Assembly (NCBI RefSeq): GCF_009914755.1
Contig: NC_060940.1
Length of the DNA: 64,000 nucleotides
Direction: 5' to 3' (one strand)
From: the human T2T-CHM13v2.0 reference genome, Homo sapiens
Part shown: positions 11,621 through 25,170 of the stretch, piece by piece
Numbering within the stretch: the stretch's first letter is position 1
Layout: the number at the start of each line of letters is the position of its first letter
Made by a program: the position numbers and the translations under genes
Notes under the pieces: model-generated
Told to the model about the DNA's origin: nothing
Seen by the model: the letters and a program-made list of their open reading frames with translations, nothing else
Databases searched by the model: none

Positions 11621-14600
11621 GTATATTTCTGCAGAAGCTTGTTCGTCATTTATAAAAACATTTTTACAATAGGAGCAGTTTCAGCAAGTCCCTCACTCCA
11701 CAGCAAGGTGTCAGATCTCAGTTCAAAGGTTACAGGAAGACAAGACCCATTTAGCTCATTTTCCAGTATGGCGGGATGCTGCATGCACAGGATGCTGTGG
11801 CCAAAGCATCTCATGCTGTCATCCTTTCCTGAAGACTCCCAGGCATCCCTCTGGGGGAAGGAGGCAGGTAACAGTGGCTATCTGAGGGCTCTGGAAAGTT
11901 TCTCATCTTATTCATTGGCCCTTGGCCAGGTGGAATTGATTTTCAGACATTTCAGAAGAAAGAGGGAGGAGAGCATTTGTTGAGCCAGGGCCAGTCTTCA
12001 CATTCACTTTACCACTGCAGGTCTTTAATTAGACGTGAGATTCAGGTTTTAAGTAGGACACTGAAGTCCTGAAAGGGAGAGCAACTAGTCCCAGATGACC
12101 CAGCTACTAATTGACAAAGCAGAAAACTGGAGTCTGGGACTTTCTACCCTGCTGACCCCTGAGCAAGTCCGACTGTGAACCCACCAGTCCCCATGACCAG
12201 ACCCCTCTCCGAATCAGTGCCTTTCTTGCCAAAACAAGCTTTTTATGCCCTTACAAATGTTTATATCTTTTTCTCTATCAAAACCCATGCTGCCCCTAGG
12301 AAGTACCTCTCCCACCTCCCCAAGGAGCCCATTTGACTTCTTGTCCTTCCTCTTGTGCAGGTCAGTCTTGGTCATTTCATGTCAACCGGTATTTCTATTT
12401 TGTCCATGATGGGTCTCTCTCACTTGACCTTGAGCTCCTGAAGGATGATTCCATCTCAATTATCCTTTACTTTCCCATTGCCACTTCCACTCCTTCTAGA
12501 ATATCTTTCCCACTGTAGATCAGAGCTAAATCTTTGCTACTTAGATGCTTTGAGTTGATCCTACTTTAAAAATTTGTTCCTTTTCATATTTCACCTTAGT
12601 GCAGCAGCCCCAAAGCAAATCAGCTACCTTTCCTCCAATACAGCAATGATTTTTAAGAATTATTATCATCTTTAGGATCCACTCTGTCCCTACTCAAGTT
12701 TCTATCCAGAAACGTTTTGCAAGAAATGCCTCACTACTCTTCCATTAAAAAACAGAAGACAAATTAGTTGGTCCTTGAGCCATCACTGGTGTTTCTGCAA
12801 GGTGAACCACTCAAGGTAGCAAAAAAGCAAAGCACATTTGTGAGGCTGAAAGGTGATTTGCCCCTCCCCCCCAGGCTCTGTGCACTGAAAACCCAAGGAG
12901 CAGATGGAGTTTTATGCCTAGCTGAGCATGGCTAAACACCATGGTTTGAACAGAAACATTCATAGGTCAAATCTTAGAGATAAACAGGTAATACAATTAA
13001 TCCCTTCTCACTCCATCTTCCTACTGCCCAGCACACTGAAAACAAACTTTGCTCATTCTTCCCAGGGTCTTGAGTGGTGCCATGGGTTACCATGCTGCCT
13101 GTGGAGCTCTCTAGATAAAAGGCCCATGTCTCCATTTTGTGGATGGAAAGACTGAGAACAGACAAGACACATGTTTCCAGAGTTGCTGGGGTGGCAGGAA
13201 CACCTGGTTGCATCTGCATTTCTCCATTTTCAGCACAGCTCAACAAAGACGATCAGACATCTGTGAACCGATGAGCACAGAACTAATCTAAAGGACTTTG
13301 TCCAGATCTACAAGAACCTGACTTTGGGAAGCTGCACCTAGTACCTACATTATACTAGGAACCAAACTGGGTACTTTTACATTTCATTTAATCTTCACAA
13401 CAACTTGTGTAGTACATATGTCAGTTTGTAGCTGACAAATCTCAGACTCAAGGAAATAAAGTTATTTGCCCAAGGCCCCTCCATGTAAAAAGTGATAAAA
13501 CAAAAATTTAAATAGTGTATTCATTCATTTTTATTCACTCCTCAACAGATATTTATTATAGAATGATCTGGTGCCAGGCACTGTGCCCATAAACAAAGCA
13601 GGCCACTAGCAGAAGCCAGTGTTCCCGCAGGGCTGGGCTTTGATCTGAAGCTGGCCTGGTGTGTCCTAACCAGACACAACATACTGCGTAGCTGGGGCCG
13701 GGTCCAAGGAGGAACCCATGCCCTGGAAAAATCTGTCTCATCTTGGCATTATTCTCTTTCCAAGGGTGAAGGTAATTACAGGATCACTAAATACAATTTT
13801 GCAACAAGACCCTTCATTTCTCCCAAACCTGAGAAATGACCCACCAGAGCACACTAGCTCACAGTCATTTCTTTGGCAGCAGTACTAGACCAGAGCAGGG
13901 ATGGCCAGAAATCAGTTGGGCATGTTGGGTAGACTGGACCGGGGACTTAGAGTGTAATTCTAGGGTTCGAGTACTTACCCTGACACTCTCTGGCTTTACA
14001 GAGGTTAGGTCACCTCTCAAACACTCCATTTCCCATAAAGTCAAATAGTAATTCCTTTCTTGCAGGCTTAGGGTGAAAACTAAAGGAAATGACATATGTG
14101 GCACATAGCAGGTACTTTTTAAGACAAATGAGAAAAAAGATCCACCAGCCTGGCCAGACACTGTGGGAAGTTTGCAGAGAGACAGAAGAAAGCAGTGTGT
14201 GTACTTGGGGGAGAAACCAGGAGAGAATGGAATATGAATAAGCCTCATGAAGGCATGGGCAACAACTGTGTCCCCGATGCCAAAAGATAGTCTGCAACAT
14301 AACAGGAATTTTCATAAACATTTGTTGAATTCAGGAATAAATGAATATTGGTTGCTGTCATGGTTCAAGGGGGGCCAGTGGTGGAAAGCATGGTGGGCAA
14401 AACCTGAATCCTGTGACCATGGGTCTAGGGCCAATGCATGGATGGACAATGACAGAAAAGCCATTAGCCCTTCAGATCCCATTCCTGGAGGAAGGCAGAG
14501 CCTCGACCTCAACCAGGAGGAAAGCACCTGGGTTCCAGCTGTGGGTCACTTTGTTTATACCATTTGCTAGGATGAGAGGATGGAGCTCCTGAAAGCTCCT

Positions 14601-15660
14601 GCCTGTCCTAGGCAAGCCCACTCAGGCTAGGACCATTTTAGACATACCCATATTTAGAAATCTTTTCCTGGAGCTTCTGGACCAGTTTTGCAGAAAGACA
14701 GTGATACCCAAAGCCCCAGAATACAACTAAAAGTGTTGCACAGAGATAGATGGTGGACAAGTTGTGGGTCAGCCTAGGAGAGAACTATGGTCGCTGATGT
14801 TTGGGACATTCTTTGAGATGTCCTGGAGTTTGAAGACCAGTATCCTTTGAGAGAGAAAGGAGGAGGAATCCCCAGTGAGGAGTGAGCTTGCCCAATTCTA
14901 AACAAGATTTCCTCCTTTCGCCATATTGTGTTTTGTCCCCATGGGATGCAGCAAGCATCAGAACCACCCACACATGATTTTAGACACAGGGAGAAACCAG
15001 GCCTGGAACACACAGTTAAAAATGCTGTCATGCTAACAAATGGCCAAAAAAACTTACACAGCAGAGAAGAGCAGGATTCTCTATGAGATCTCTTTTCCTT
15101 GAGCCCCACCTCTTCCTCCCTGCTCGCCCCTTTGAGCCTTTGCTTTTGTTATTCCTTCATTGACAAATGTCCTTCCCCTTTTTTGTTTTCTAGAAAATTT
15201 CTGCTCACCCTTTAAAATCACTTTGTGCCACCTCCCCATGGAGTGTCCTCCATCTCTCCAGGCAAAGTCCATATCTCCTTTCTCTGTGCACCTGCAGCTG
15301 CAGGCTTGTGTCTATAAGAGGACACTCACAAACTCACAAAAGGCAAGTTCTCTTAGGGCACGGATGGTAATACTTAGTGCTATATGATAGGGCCCAGCTG
15401 AGTAACAAGCACATAGTAGGTACTTAATGGTTAAATGAATCTATTGGGCAAGAACATTCCTGCATGGGAGGCAAACCCAGGAGCGAGCTCAGACCTCCTG
15501 ACTTCTAGTCCAGCATCCTTACTTGTCACTCTGGTCCAGAATGGACCAAAAATTAAGGTCTTATTCTTCTTTGTTTTTTTCATCAAGGTCCAATTCTTTT
15601 CCAGATATAGTCCTAAGGATCAGAATTATCAAAAAAATAAACAAATAAATAAGTAAACAT

Positions 15661-15848
15661 AGCCAGGCATGCTCAACTACTCAAGAGGCTGAGGCAGAAG
15701 AATTCCTTGAGCACAGAAGTTTGAGGTTACAGTGAGCTATGATCATGCCACTGCACTCCAGTCAGGGTGACAGAGTGAGACTCTGTCTCTAAATAGTAAT
15801 AATAATAATAATAATAGTAATAATAATAACTGATAGATAGATAGATAC
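15661..15848 (+). mobile_element. Alu monomer (FAM/FRAM or AluJ right arm) with (AAT)n and (GATA)n tail
   Basis: gaggctgaggcag...cagtgagctatgatcatgccactgcactccag...gagactctgtctc, then AAT and GATA repeats. Confidence 0.85.
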
Positions 15849-16345
15849 ATATATAAATTCAAAATAACAACATGACCATGTTGGGGGACAACTAACTCAG
15901 GTTGGCATCCATTTTGGCCCTCAACCCCAAGAACATCCAAGCAAGGTGGGACCTTATGGGTCATCACATCCCCTCTCCTCCACTGCCTCCAAAACCCCTC
16001 GTTAAGCAGGGACAGGGAGGGGCATCCACTCAGCTGAGTTTCTCCAGGGACGGCGTGCTCATCACCTGCTTCCCAAGCATCCCCTTGACTTTAGTAATAA
16101 TAAGAATTATTGCTGTGTTTTCAGCCCTTGTCACTCGCCTCCTGTGCCACAAATACCGACCTTAGCTCTTTGTTTGGCAAAACAACTTTTGAAAGTCAGG
16201 TGTGACCATTCCCACTTTCCTAGATGTGGAAACTGAAGTCAAGAGGTGTTTATAATTTTATCTGGTCCCAGAGCTCAGACAACCAGGCCACAAAATAAGG
16301 TCCCGATAGTTCCAAAGCCTTTGTGTTTCATTGCCATGGCTCACG

Positions 16346-16650
16346 ATGACATGAGAAATGGATATATTTAGTCTCTGCCCCTGTTTCCTGGCACACAGCT
16401 CCTGAGTTTCTTGAGATCTCCAAAGTGATAGGTGTCTTTTTATTTGCCAATGACATGACAGTGGCTGGGGGCTCCTGGATAGTCTCAGGATTCAGGGCTG
16501 GTTGTCAGGGGAACCAACCAAGTCATTACAGGGTTGGAATTTTCAGCTCCAACCCCTCCCGTTCAACATCCTGGGAGAAGAGAGAAGGAGCTAAAGATTG
16601 AGTTGCTCACCAATAACCAATGATTTCATCAATCATCATGGCTCATGCAG
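16346..16650 (+). mobile_element. MER21-family LTR, 5' part
   Basis: gtctctgcccctgtttcctggcacacagctcct...agggttggaattttcagc...gattgagttgctcaccaataaccaatgatttcatcaatcat. Confidence 0.75.
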
Positions 16651-17425
16651 GTGGTGCAAACACAGGCAGAAGAGGCCAGGACAAGCTGGCTTCCCCACTG
16701 ACAGCCTCTACCAAGCTCAGCAGTTGCCTGGACTGGGCAGTAACACTCACTCTGGATTCTGTGTGGCTGAGGCTGCTAGCCTACTTCCTGCACCAGCCAG
16801 GCCTGAGTAGCCTCAGACCCTCTGCTGGACAGCTCTGAGGGATGTCAGCTTGCCCCCACCCCTGCCTTATGGTCAGGCCTGGGCTTGGTGACACATGTCC
16901 ATTACCATCCGCCTCTGCCTGAGTTCCCATTAGTGTCTGAAATACTGTCATGATCCAGCATGAGCTGTGACAGGCTACAATTAATTAATTAATCAGTTAT
17001 ACTCTATCAGCAAGTACAGACCAGGAATGTTAAATAAACAAATTAAAGGCTATGTTTCACTAAAGCTCAGCCCAATGAAATAATAATGAGGCAAAGTTAA
17101 CTGCTCTGAACAGAGGAAGAAAGAGTATTATAAGGAAATATACCAGTGCAGTAATATCCTTTAAAAATGCAGAGGGTATACTGCTGCAAAAGCAGCTATG
17201 ACTGCCCCATGCTCTGCTCAGGGAAGGTGGTAGGAATGCAGCAGATGCTGCAGAAAGAGCAGGGCTCTGCAGACAAAATTGGACTTGAAGCCCAGCTTCG
17301 CTGCTTATCAGCAAAAATCCATCCCAGCTTTGCCACTTATCAGTAACTCCCTTAACTGCTTTGAGCCTCAGTTACCTAACTTACTAAAAGGAAGAGGAGG
17401 AGAATACCATTAGTAATTGTTTGGA

Positions 17426-17451
17426 TTTTTTTTTTTTTTTTTTTTTTTTTT
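17426..17451. repeat. Poly(T)26 mononucleotide run
   Basis: 26 consecutive T. Confidence 0.95.
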
Positions 17452-17533
17452 GCCAGAGTCCAAGGACACTTTTTCAGACACACTATTAAGGCTGGGCCAG
17501 GGTCTTTCTCAGGTTGCAAGAGGGTGGTTCTGG

Positions 17534-17810
<277 letters not shown>

Positions 17811-17820
<10 letters not shown>

Positions 17821-17926
17821 AGAGAGAGAAAGAGAGAAAGAGAGAAAGAGAGGGAGGGAGGGAGGGAGGAAGGAAGGAAGGAAGGAAGGAAGGAAGGAAG
17901 GAAGGAAGGAAGGAAGGAAGGAAGGA

Positions 17927-17961
<35 letters not shown>

Positions 17962-17985
17962 CGGAAGGAAGGAAGGAAAGAAAAA
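17811..17985. repeat. Compound purine microsatellite: GA-rich, (GGGA)4, (GGAA)15, (GGCA)8
   Basis: GGAA x15 at 17868-17927 and GGCA x8 at 17928-17959, grown from the Alu tail. Confidence 0.97.
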
Positions 17986-18879
17986 GTAAGCAAGCCAAGA
18001 GCTCTGGAATCTTTGAGAAAATGGGTCCATCATTATTGCAGGATCTGTGGTTACTCATCCAGGAATTGCTATCTGGGCAGTTTTCCAGCGTCCTTGTTGG
18101 ATGATAATGTTCTTTCCCAAGGCTTTATCTATATAGATCAGCATCTGTGGGGCCATGATAGAAGGTTAGCTATTTTTCTTCTAAGGCCTTCTGTTTAGAA
18201 CCTGACTGTGGCCCCCAAGGAAGGCACCCTCACTTTTACCTAGGGCAGCAGCATTTTAATTCTCAGCTAATGATACCATCATGCTGGCATCTTGTGGGAA
18301 TTTTTTTTTTTTTTTTTGCCCCTCTACATTGAAGCCTCCAGTCCCTGTTCTGGCATAAAAAGGCAGATAGGGATTCTGAAAGCCAAGGAGAAAATGTCCT
18401 AGAGAATGTTCTGGAAGTTGGGGAAGAGGGAGTCAGAGGGCAAGAACTACACCATGGGTCGGTGACAGAGGCAGTCCCACGTCCCTCCACCCGCCGCGGT
18501 GTGACTTTGAGAGGTCAAAGGGAGGATTCCAGTCCTGCTCAAACCAAGAAAATGGTCATTATCTTAGGGTATTGCTTCCAATTAAGGCCCTTCTAATGGT
18601 GATGGGTTTTCCCTGCCAGATACAGGTAGAGAATTTAGGTGACAAATGGTTTGTATTATTCTGCTGACACCCTTTTTATCTTCCCAGTAATTCCAGAAGA
18701 TCAGAGCTCTCTATAAGGTCACTGGATAGCTGTGGGGTGGTATTTGTGTGACCCACCAGGGTCTTCTGGAATTCTACAACTCACACACATCTTTACAGCT
18801 GGGACCTGGATACTGAACTTAATTATGCCCAAAGATAAATAGTAGTAAAACTACTAAACTACTAATAACACTAATGATA

Positions 18880-19193
18880 GGCCGGGCATGGTGGGTCATG
18901 CCTGCAATCCCAGCCCTTTGGAAGGCCGAGCCTGATGGATCACTTGAGGTCAGGAGTTCGAGATCAGCTTGGCCAACACGGTGAAACCCCGTCTCTATAA
19001 AAAATACAAAAATTAGCCAGACGTGGTGGTGGGTACCTGTAATCCCAGCTAATCAGAGACTGAAGAAGGAGAATTGCTGGAAACTGGGAGGTAGAGGTTG
19101 CAGTGAGCCAAGATGGAGCCACTGCACTCCAGCCTGGGCAACAGAGTGAGACTCTGTCTCAAAACAAAACAAAACAAAACAAACAAAAAAAAA
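18880..19193 (+). mobile_element. AluS (Sz/Sx-like) dimer
   Basis: ggatcacttgaggtcaggagttcg...ggagaattgc...gaggttgcagtgagccaagat; TSD actaatgata / actaatgaca. Confidence 0.95.
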
Positions 19194-19273
19194 ACTAATG
19201 ACAGTGGTGGCACTATTTATTCATGACTTACCTTGTGCCAGGCCCTCTGCTAAGTGCTTTACATGCATTAATT

Positions 19274-19468
19274 CAGGGATTAGCAAATGAAGGCCACTGG
19301 CTGTATAAAGTGTTATTGGTACAGCCACACCCATTCATGTGTGTGTTGGCTGTGGCTGCTTTAGCACTACAATGGCAGAGTTGAATAATTAAGGCTGAGC
19401 ACATACAGCCCACAAAGCCTAAAATATTTCCTCTCTATCCTTTTTGAGAAAATTTTTGCCAAGCTATG
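19274..19468 (+). mobile_element. MER58A nested inside a minus-strand MIR (about 19205-19640)
   Basis: cagggattagcaaat...cagccacacccattcat...gcccacaaagcctaaaatattt; MIR sequence is present on both sides. Confidence 0.8.
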
Positions 19469-20307
19469 AATTAAAATTATCTTATTCTTACCCAAGCACA
19501 GTGATCTGGGGATCACTGTGACCATTTTATATAAAAATAAACTGGGATTTGGAAAGATTAAATACTTGGCCCAAGGAGACATAATTTATAAGTGGCAGAG
19601 CTGGGGACTGAAACCCCGGGCTTCAGAGTTCAAGCCTGGGAATCCTAGGATCTATCCACAACTTATTTTCAAAGTGAATCAGAAATGACCAACATATTGG
19701 CATGAACTTGCTAAGGCCTCAGAAGCCCTGGCCCACAGGAGTGCTAGGAGATTGGGGGCCACTGATCAATTGAGATAACTAAGGCCCCAGAGCCCTGAGA
19801 AAGACAAGAGTGTCACAGGTATTACTCTGACTCTGGAAAGGAGTCGTGCCGCTTCCTTTCCCAATCTCTGTGAATGCTGAGGGGTTTGCACCTGCTGGAT
19901 TGATAATATGATTCCGCATCATACAGAACAATTTGTTCCTTACATCATGAATGTTGCAGGCCTTATACCAGTGCATGGTGCATAGCAGATACTTAAACTT
20001 ATTTGCAAAGGTCACCCTCACTTTTTTAAGTCTTTTTTCCACATTGAGTGGAGAATAAATGGGAAAACAACCTGTCATAGTCCTACAACTTCATAATTTC
20101 AAAAGTGCATTAGGAGCTGAGAAGTCAACCTCTCTCTGGGACCCTCATCCTCCCAAGGGCCATCCTCCTGCCTGGTTCTCTTGGACTCGAGGCTAAGCAT
20201 CCCTGCCTGCTTCCAGGGCTCTTCATAGGATAAGGTGGCCACACTCTGGGTCCTCCTTCCTTGGGGTCCAGGGATTTCCTATTCTGGCTGCCTTCAAAGC
20301 TTGCTGA

Positions 20308-20612
20308 GTCCAGGCACAGTGGCTCATGTCTGTAATCTCATCACAAGGAGAGGCTGAGGCAGGAGGATTGCTTGAGTCCAGGAGTTCCAGACCAGCCTGA
20401 GCAACATAGTGACACCCTCATCTCTACATACAACTTTTTTTAATTAGCCAGGCGTGGTATGTGCCTATAGTCCCAGCTACTCAGGAGGCTGAGGTGGGAG
20501 GATCGTTTGAGCCTGAGAGTTCGAGGCTGCCGTGAGCCATGGTTGCACCACTGCACTCAGCCTGGGAAACAGAGTGAGAGCCTGTCTAAAAAAAAGAAAA
20601 GAAAGAAAAAAA
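20308..20612 (+). mobile_element. AluJ dimer
   Basis: ggaggattgcttgagtccaggagtt...gaggctgccgtgagccatg; TSD cttgctga on both sides. Confidence 0.95.
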
Positions 20613-22524
20613 CTTGCTGAGTTGTCTGCAAATACAGATGTCCCAGCCCACCTCAAAGACTATGACGTGCCAGATCTGAGGTAGAGTTCAGGATCTGTTG
20701 AAGTCCCATAGGACCAGTGGGCCTGAGGACTGGTGCTCTGTCTGGTCCCATATGTCTCAGCTAAGTTCCTGATATGCTTGCAAACCCTGGTTTACCTGGA
20801 GGGTCTGCTCCATGTTGTCGGTATCTTCCTTACAAAAAAAAAAAAGTCAAAGGCATGTCATATCCCCAGGGCTGTGAAGGCTTCTGATTAGAAATTTCCT
20901 CCAGTCAAAAATCATGGCTGAGCAGGTTGGTTGCACAGGTATTCATTAACATAACGAAAACCTGACATTAAAAGGATAACCTCACAGTCTAAGAGGTTTG
21001 CCAGAATATCTCTCAGTCTGTTCAAATTGTCATTATTTAACTCCTATATCTACAAAAATTTCAGTAAAACTGATAATGATATTTAAATGGGAGATGAAGT
21101 TGGATTTTCCTTATTGCAAAGAAATAGGATTTGGAAACCTGGTGATGGAATGCACAGCAAATCTGTATCAAAAACAAAAAAAAAAGAGAGAAACTTAGAA
21201 TAAAGCTTGAATGATGATACAAAGCTTGCAGTTTGATCTAGGTGAAAATTCAGGTCCTGACATCTTCTAAATATCACTATCTTGGGCAAATCCCGTAATG
21301 TCCCTAATCCCAGTAACTTCTTTAATAAAATGAAGATAATAATACCCTCTCTTCCCCACTCCAGAGTGATGGGAGAACAAAATACTTATGTAAGTTGCTT
21401 GGAACATGGATGGTCCTCAATAACCACTTCCTTGGAACAAGATTATTTCTTCTGTTGAGAAGTTTGCAGCCTGGTAGGAAGGAAAATTCACACCCAGAAA
21501 TTATGATCAAAGAGGGTAAAATAGAAGGGTAGATAGGAGGGTCAACAGAAAAAAATAGGCAAAAAAGGAAGAGCTCAGGAAGAAGGAAGTATGCAGTCTT
21601 GGTCTTGGAGGGTGAATATAGTAGAATTGCAACATTTAAGAGAGTCAAGGCAAGCCTAGTAGAAGAATGGCAAAGTTGCACAGACTGGTCAACTGTGCAA
21701 GCCCTGACATTTCAGTAGTAAATGAGGATACTCTCTGCTGATGGAGCAAGCAACTCAGGGGTGCATTTATTTTCCAACCAGGATAAACAGAAGCATCCTA
21801 CCCAAAGCAGGAAGGGGCTTTATCTCCAAGACCAGCTGGGAATTGAATAACTCAGTTATTTATGCCTTCTCTGCAACCAGCCATGGGGAGGAGCACTCCA
21901 AAGCCTAAAGCAGCTGTGGGCTTCTCTTAGGAGGCAAAGAGGGCCAGGATGAGGAGGCTTGCAGAACCAGAAAACAATGAGTACAGCCCAGGCAAATGGG
22001 AGTTTCACCAACACCTGGCCAGAAAACACCCAGCAAGTAGAGAAAACCCGAGCCAGCCAATCAGTCTGACGCATAAGGCCTTCTAATTTTATGCAACATA
22101 CGCTATTTTTATCTACTTATAGAAAGGGAAACTCTAGGGGTGTGGAGAATGGGTTTTTATAGAGTTTGGGGTTGTGCAACATTTTCTAAGATGAGTTGCC
22201 TCAGCCTTTGCATAAAAATGCTGTCTGTTCCTTTGCAAGAAATGGCACCTGTTGCCCAGCAAGAAGGCTGTGACCAGGAATACCCTTGGCCCAGTATTCC
22301 AAAACTGTGGCCAGTAGATCCTGAGACTCCAATGTCCTGCCACGTGGTCCAGTTACAAGTCTCTGAGATCAAAATGCTTTGAAAAAGGCTGAGCAAAACT
22401 TTCTTTGTGGCCGTGGGACTTGAGAGAGGTTGAGATGCTGACATGCATTAAAAATCTACAGAGGAGAAACGAGTATGAAGTGCTACCCAGGCTCATGTCA
22501 CCATACCTAACACTTGCCTTCCCA

Positions 22525-22563
22525 ACACACACACACACACACACATACACACACACACACACA
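22525..22563. repeat. Interrupted (CA)n microsatellite
   Basis: AC run with one AT interruption. Confidence 0.95.
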
Positions 22564-24192
22564 GTGTTTTTCACCTAGGAGGCCCTCTGAACAGCTGCTA
22601 CTGGCAATCCATGGAGCAATTTAGGATGGGATGGAGATTGCATTATAACAGCCACCCTGAGTAGGTATGCACAACCGTGATCAGGTGACAGAATGAGCTT
22701 CCAGTCTGTCTCCTCTGATCATGCTGTTCTTGGCTGATTGGATGCTCCTGGAGAACCAATATTCACCACTGCCTCCCAAGTGCCTAGCACTGTGCTTCGT
22801 TATTTAATTTAGTGCTCATGGCATTCATTCCCACGTCAGCTGTAGGAGGTAGTTATCATCAATGCCATTTTATTAAGAAGAAGCTAAGGCAGCACATGGA
22901 AAGTGAGACTCCTGCTCAAAGGACCTGCAGCTGTGAAAGGAAGAACTGGGATTTGAATCACATCTTCCTACCTTAGGGTCGGCATTTCAGCCCCATGACA
23001 GGGAGAGACCCAGGGATAAAGGCTCATGGTTTCCATGCAGTTAAGGAGAACAGAAAACATCTGTGCAAAAGGTGGGATCTTTGTAACAGAAAAGCCAGAA
23101 CTCAAACCACAGAGCCACTGTCTGTCTGCTCACCTGCTGACAGGATACAAGCAGATCACGCAGGCTTGGGGCAGGTGGAGTCTGCAGAGCCAGTGGGTTC
23201 TGCATCCTATAGCTGTATCCTTGGTGCATGTAACTGCCCTGCTGGATCTGAGGCCTGCAGGTGATCTCCAGTAGGTTCCTGGCTTAATTTGAGTGATCAG
23301 ATAATTCGTCATTTCCACAAATTTAAAACAAGGAAAGTTTAATCATTCACACACTCATCGACAGAACAGAAGGAAGTGTTCGGTTTATTTTTCCTTGATG
23401 TCATAATTTTATCTCCTGCTCCCTCCTTTGTTTCTGACTTCGGGACCAAACTCTGGAATCTTTTATCCTGGAAATGACTGAGACAGAAGGAGTGGGGGTG
23501 AGATGCTGAGCTGTTCAGCACTGTCATCATCTCTGATTCCTCCCTCCCTGTGTCTCCACCATCTTGTACCATCTTTTCCTGAGCCAAGCATCAAATCCTG
23601 ATGCCTCTACCAGATGCTTCTTTGTGTGGGTCAAGTCCCTGATCTCTCGGATCCTCAAGATCCCCACCTGGCACTGAGTCTATGGGACTCCTTTATGGCA
23701 GCTCCAGCAAATTAATACAAGGGACAAAGTGGCAAGGGAAAAGGTGGAGAGACTTGGTAGAAGGACAACAGCTTCAAAAGGAGGAGCTTCTCCAAAGTAG
23801 TCAGAGGGGAACTTTGAAGATCTTCAGAACTGGATGGAGACAGAGGCAGAGAAGGAACAGATAAACAGACGAAATCCCTTGTTGCCAGACAAAGGAGCTT
23901 CTGCCCCATGAGTGGTGGTTCAGGGAAGGCCTGGCATAAAATCCGCATTATGCCCTGCAAACGGGTTCAGCCCCCAGGGAGCACACAGGTTGGCGGGCAC
24001 CACCAAATCACTTCACTTACTCACACCTGTGATTATTCACAAATTCACCATGTGTCTCCGTTACTCTTTGCCTCTCTCCCCTCAGTTACCCCGTGTTTAA
24101 ATGTGACCAGGAGAGCTATAGACATAGACCACTTAAGAATGACTCCCCTTGGTCCTCTCATTTACCATAACTTTAAAAAAAATGATTTAGGG

Positions 24193-24804
<612 letters not shown>

Positions 24805-24835
24805 AAAGACTTTTTTACGGCAAAATTGCTTTGGG

Positions 24836-25170
24836 TGTTGTTACAGGTTGGGCCTCTGGGAAGCAGAATCTGAGACAGAGATTAATAAGCTTATGAGGGT
24901 GTTCTCTTGGGATCAACACCCATATAAAGGAAGGCAAGGAGGCAGGAGATGGCAGAGGGAGAACCTGAGGTGCAGTGTGGCCTCCATGGAAGCCTGAGCC
25001 AACTCCATGGGGAATTCGTGAGACAGAATGATGCATCAGAGCTATCTGAGTTGGAGTGAGAGGGATAGACCTTTAGACCCCCACAGTGATCAGCCACAAT
25101 GTTGCCACCCTAGAAAGAGGGTGAGACTTGATAAGGGAGCTCTCTTCAGCCAAGGAAATCCCTACAGCAG
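24836..25170 (-). mobile_element. LTR16-family LTR relic
   Basis: gggcctctgggaagcagaatctgagacagagatt...gggatcaacacc...ctctcttcagccaagg. Confidence 0.7.

Noticed and set aside
17868-17959. Identity with forensic STR D2S1338 (GGAA/GGCA structure)
   Set aside because: The motif structure is similar but the flanks do not match what I recall for that locus.
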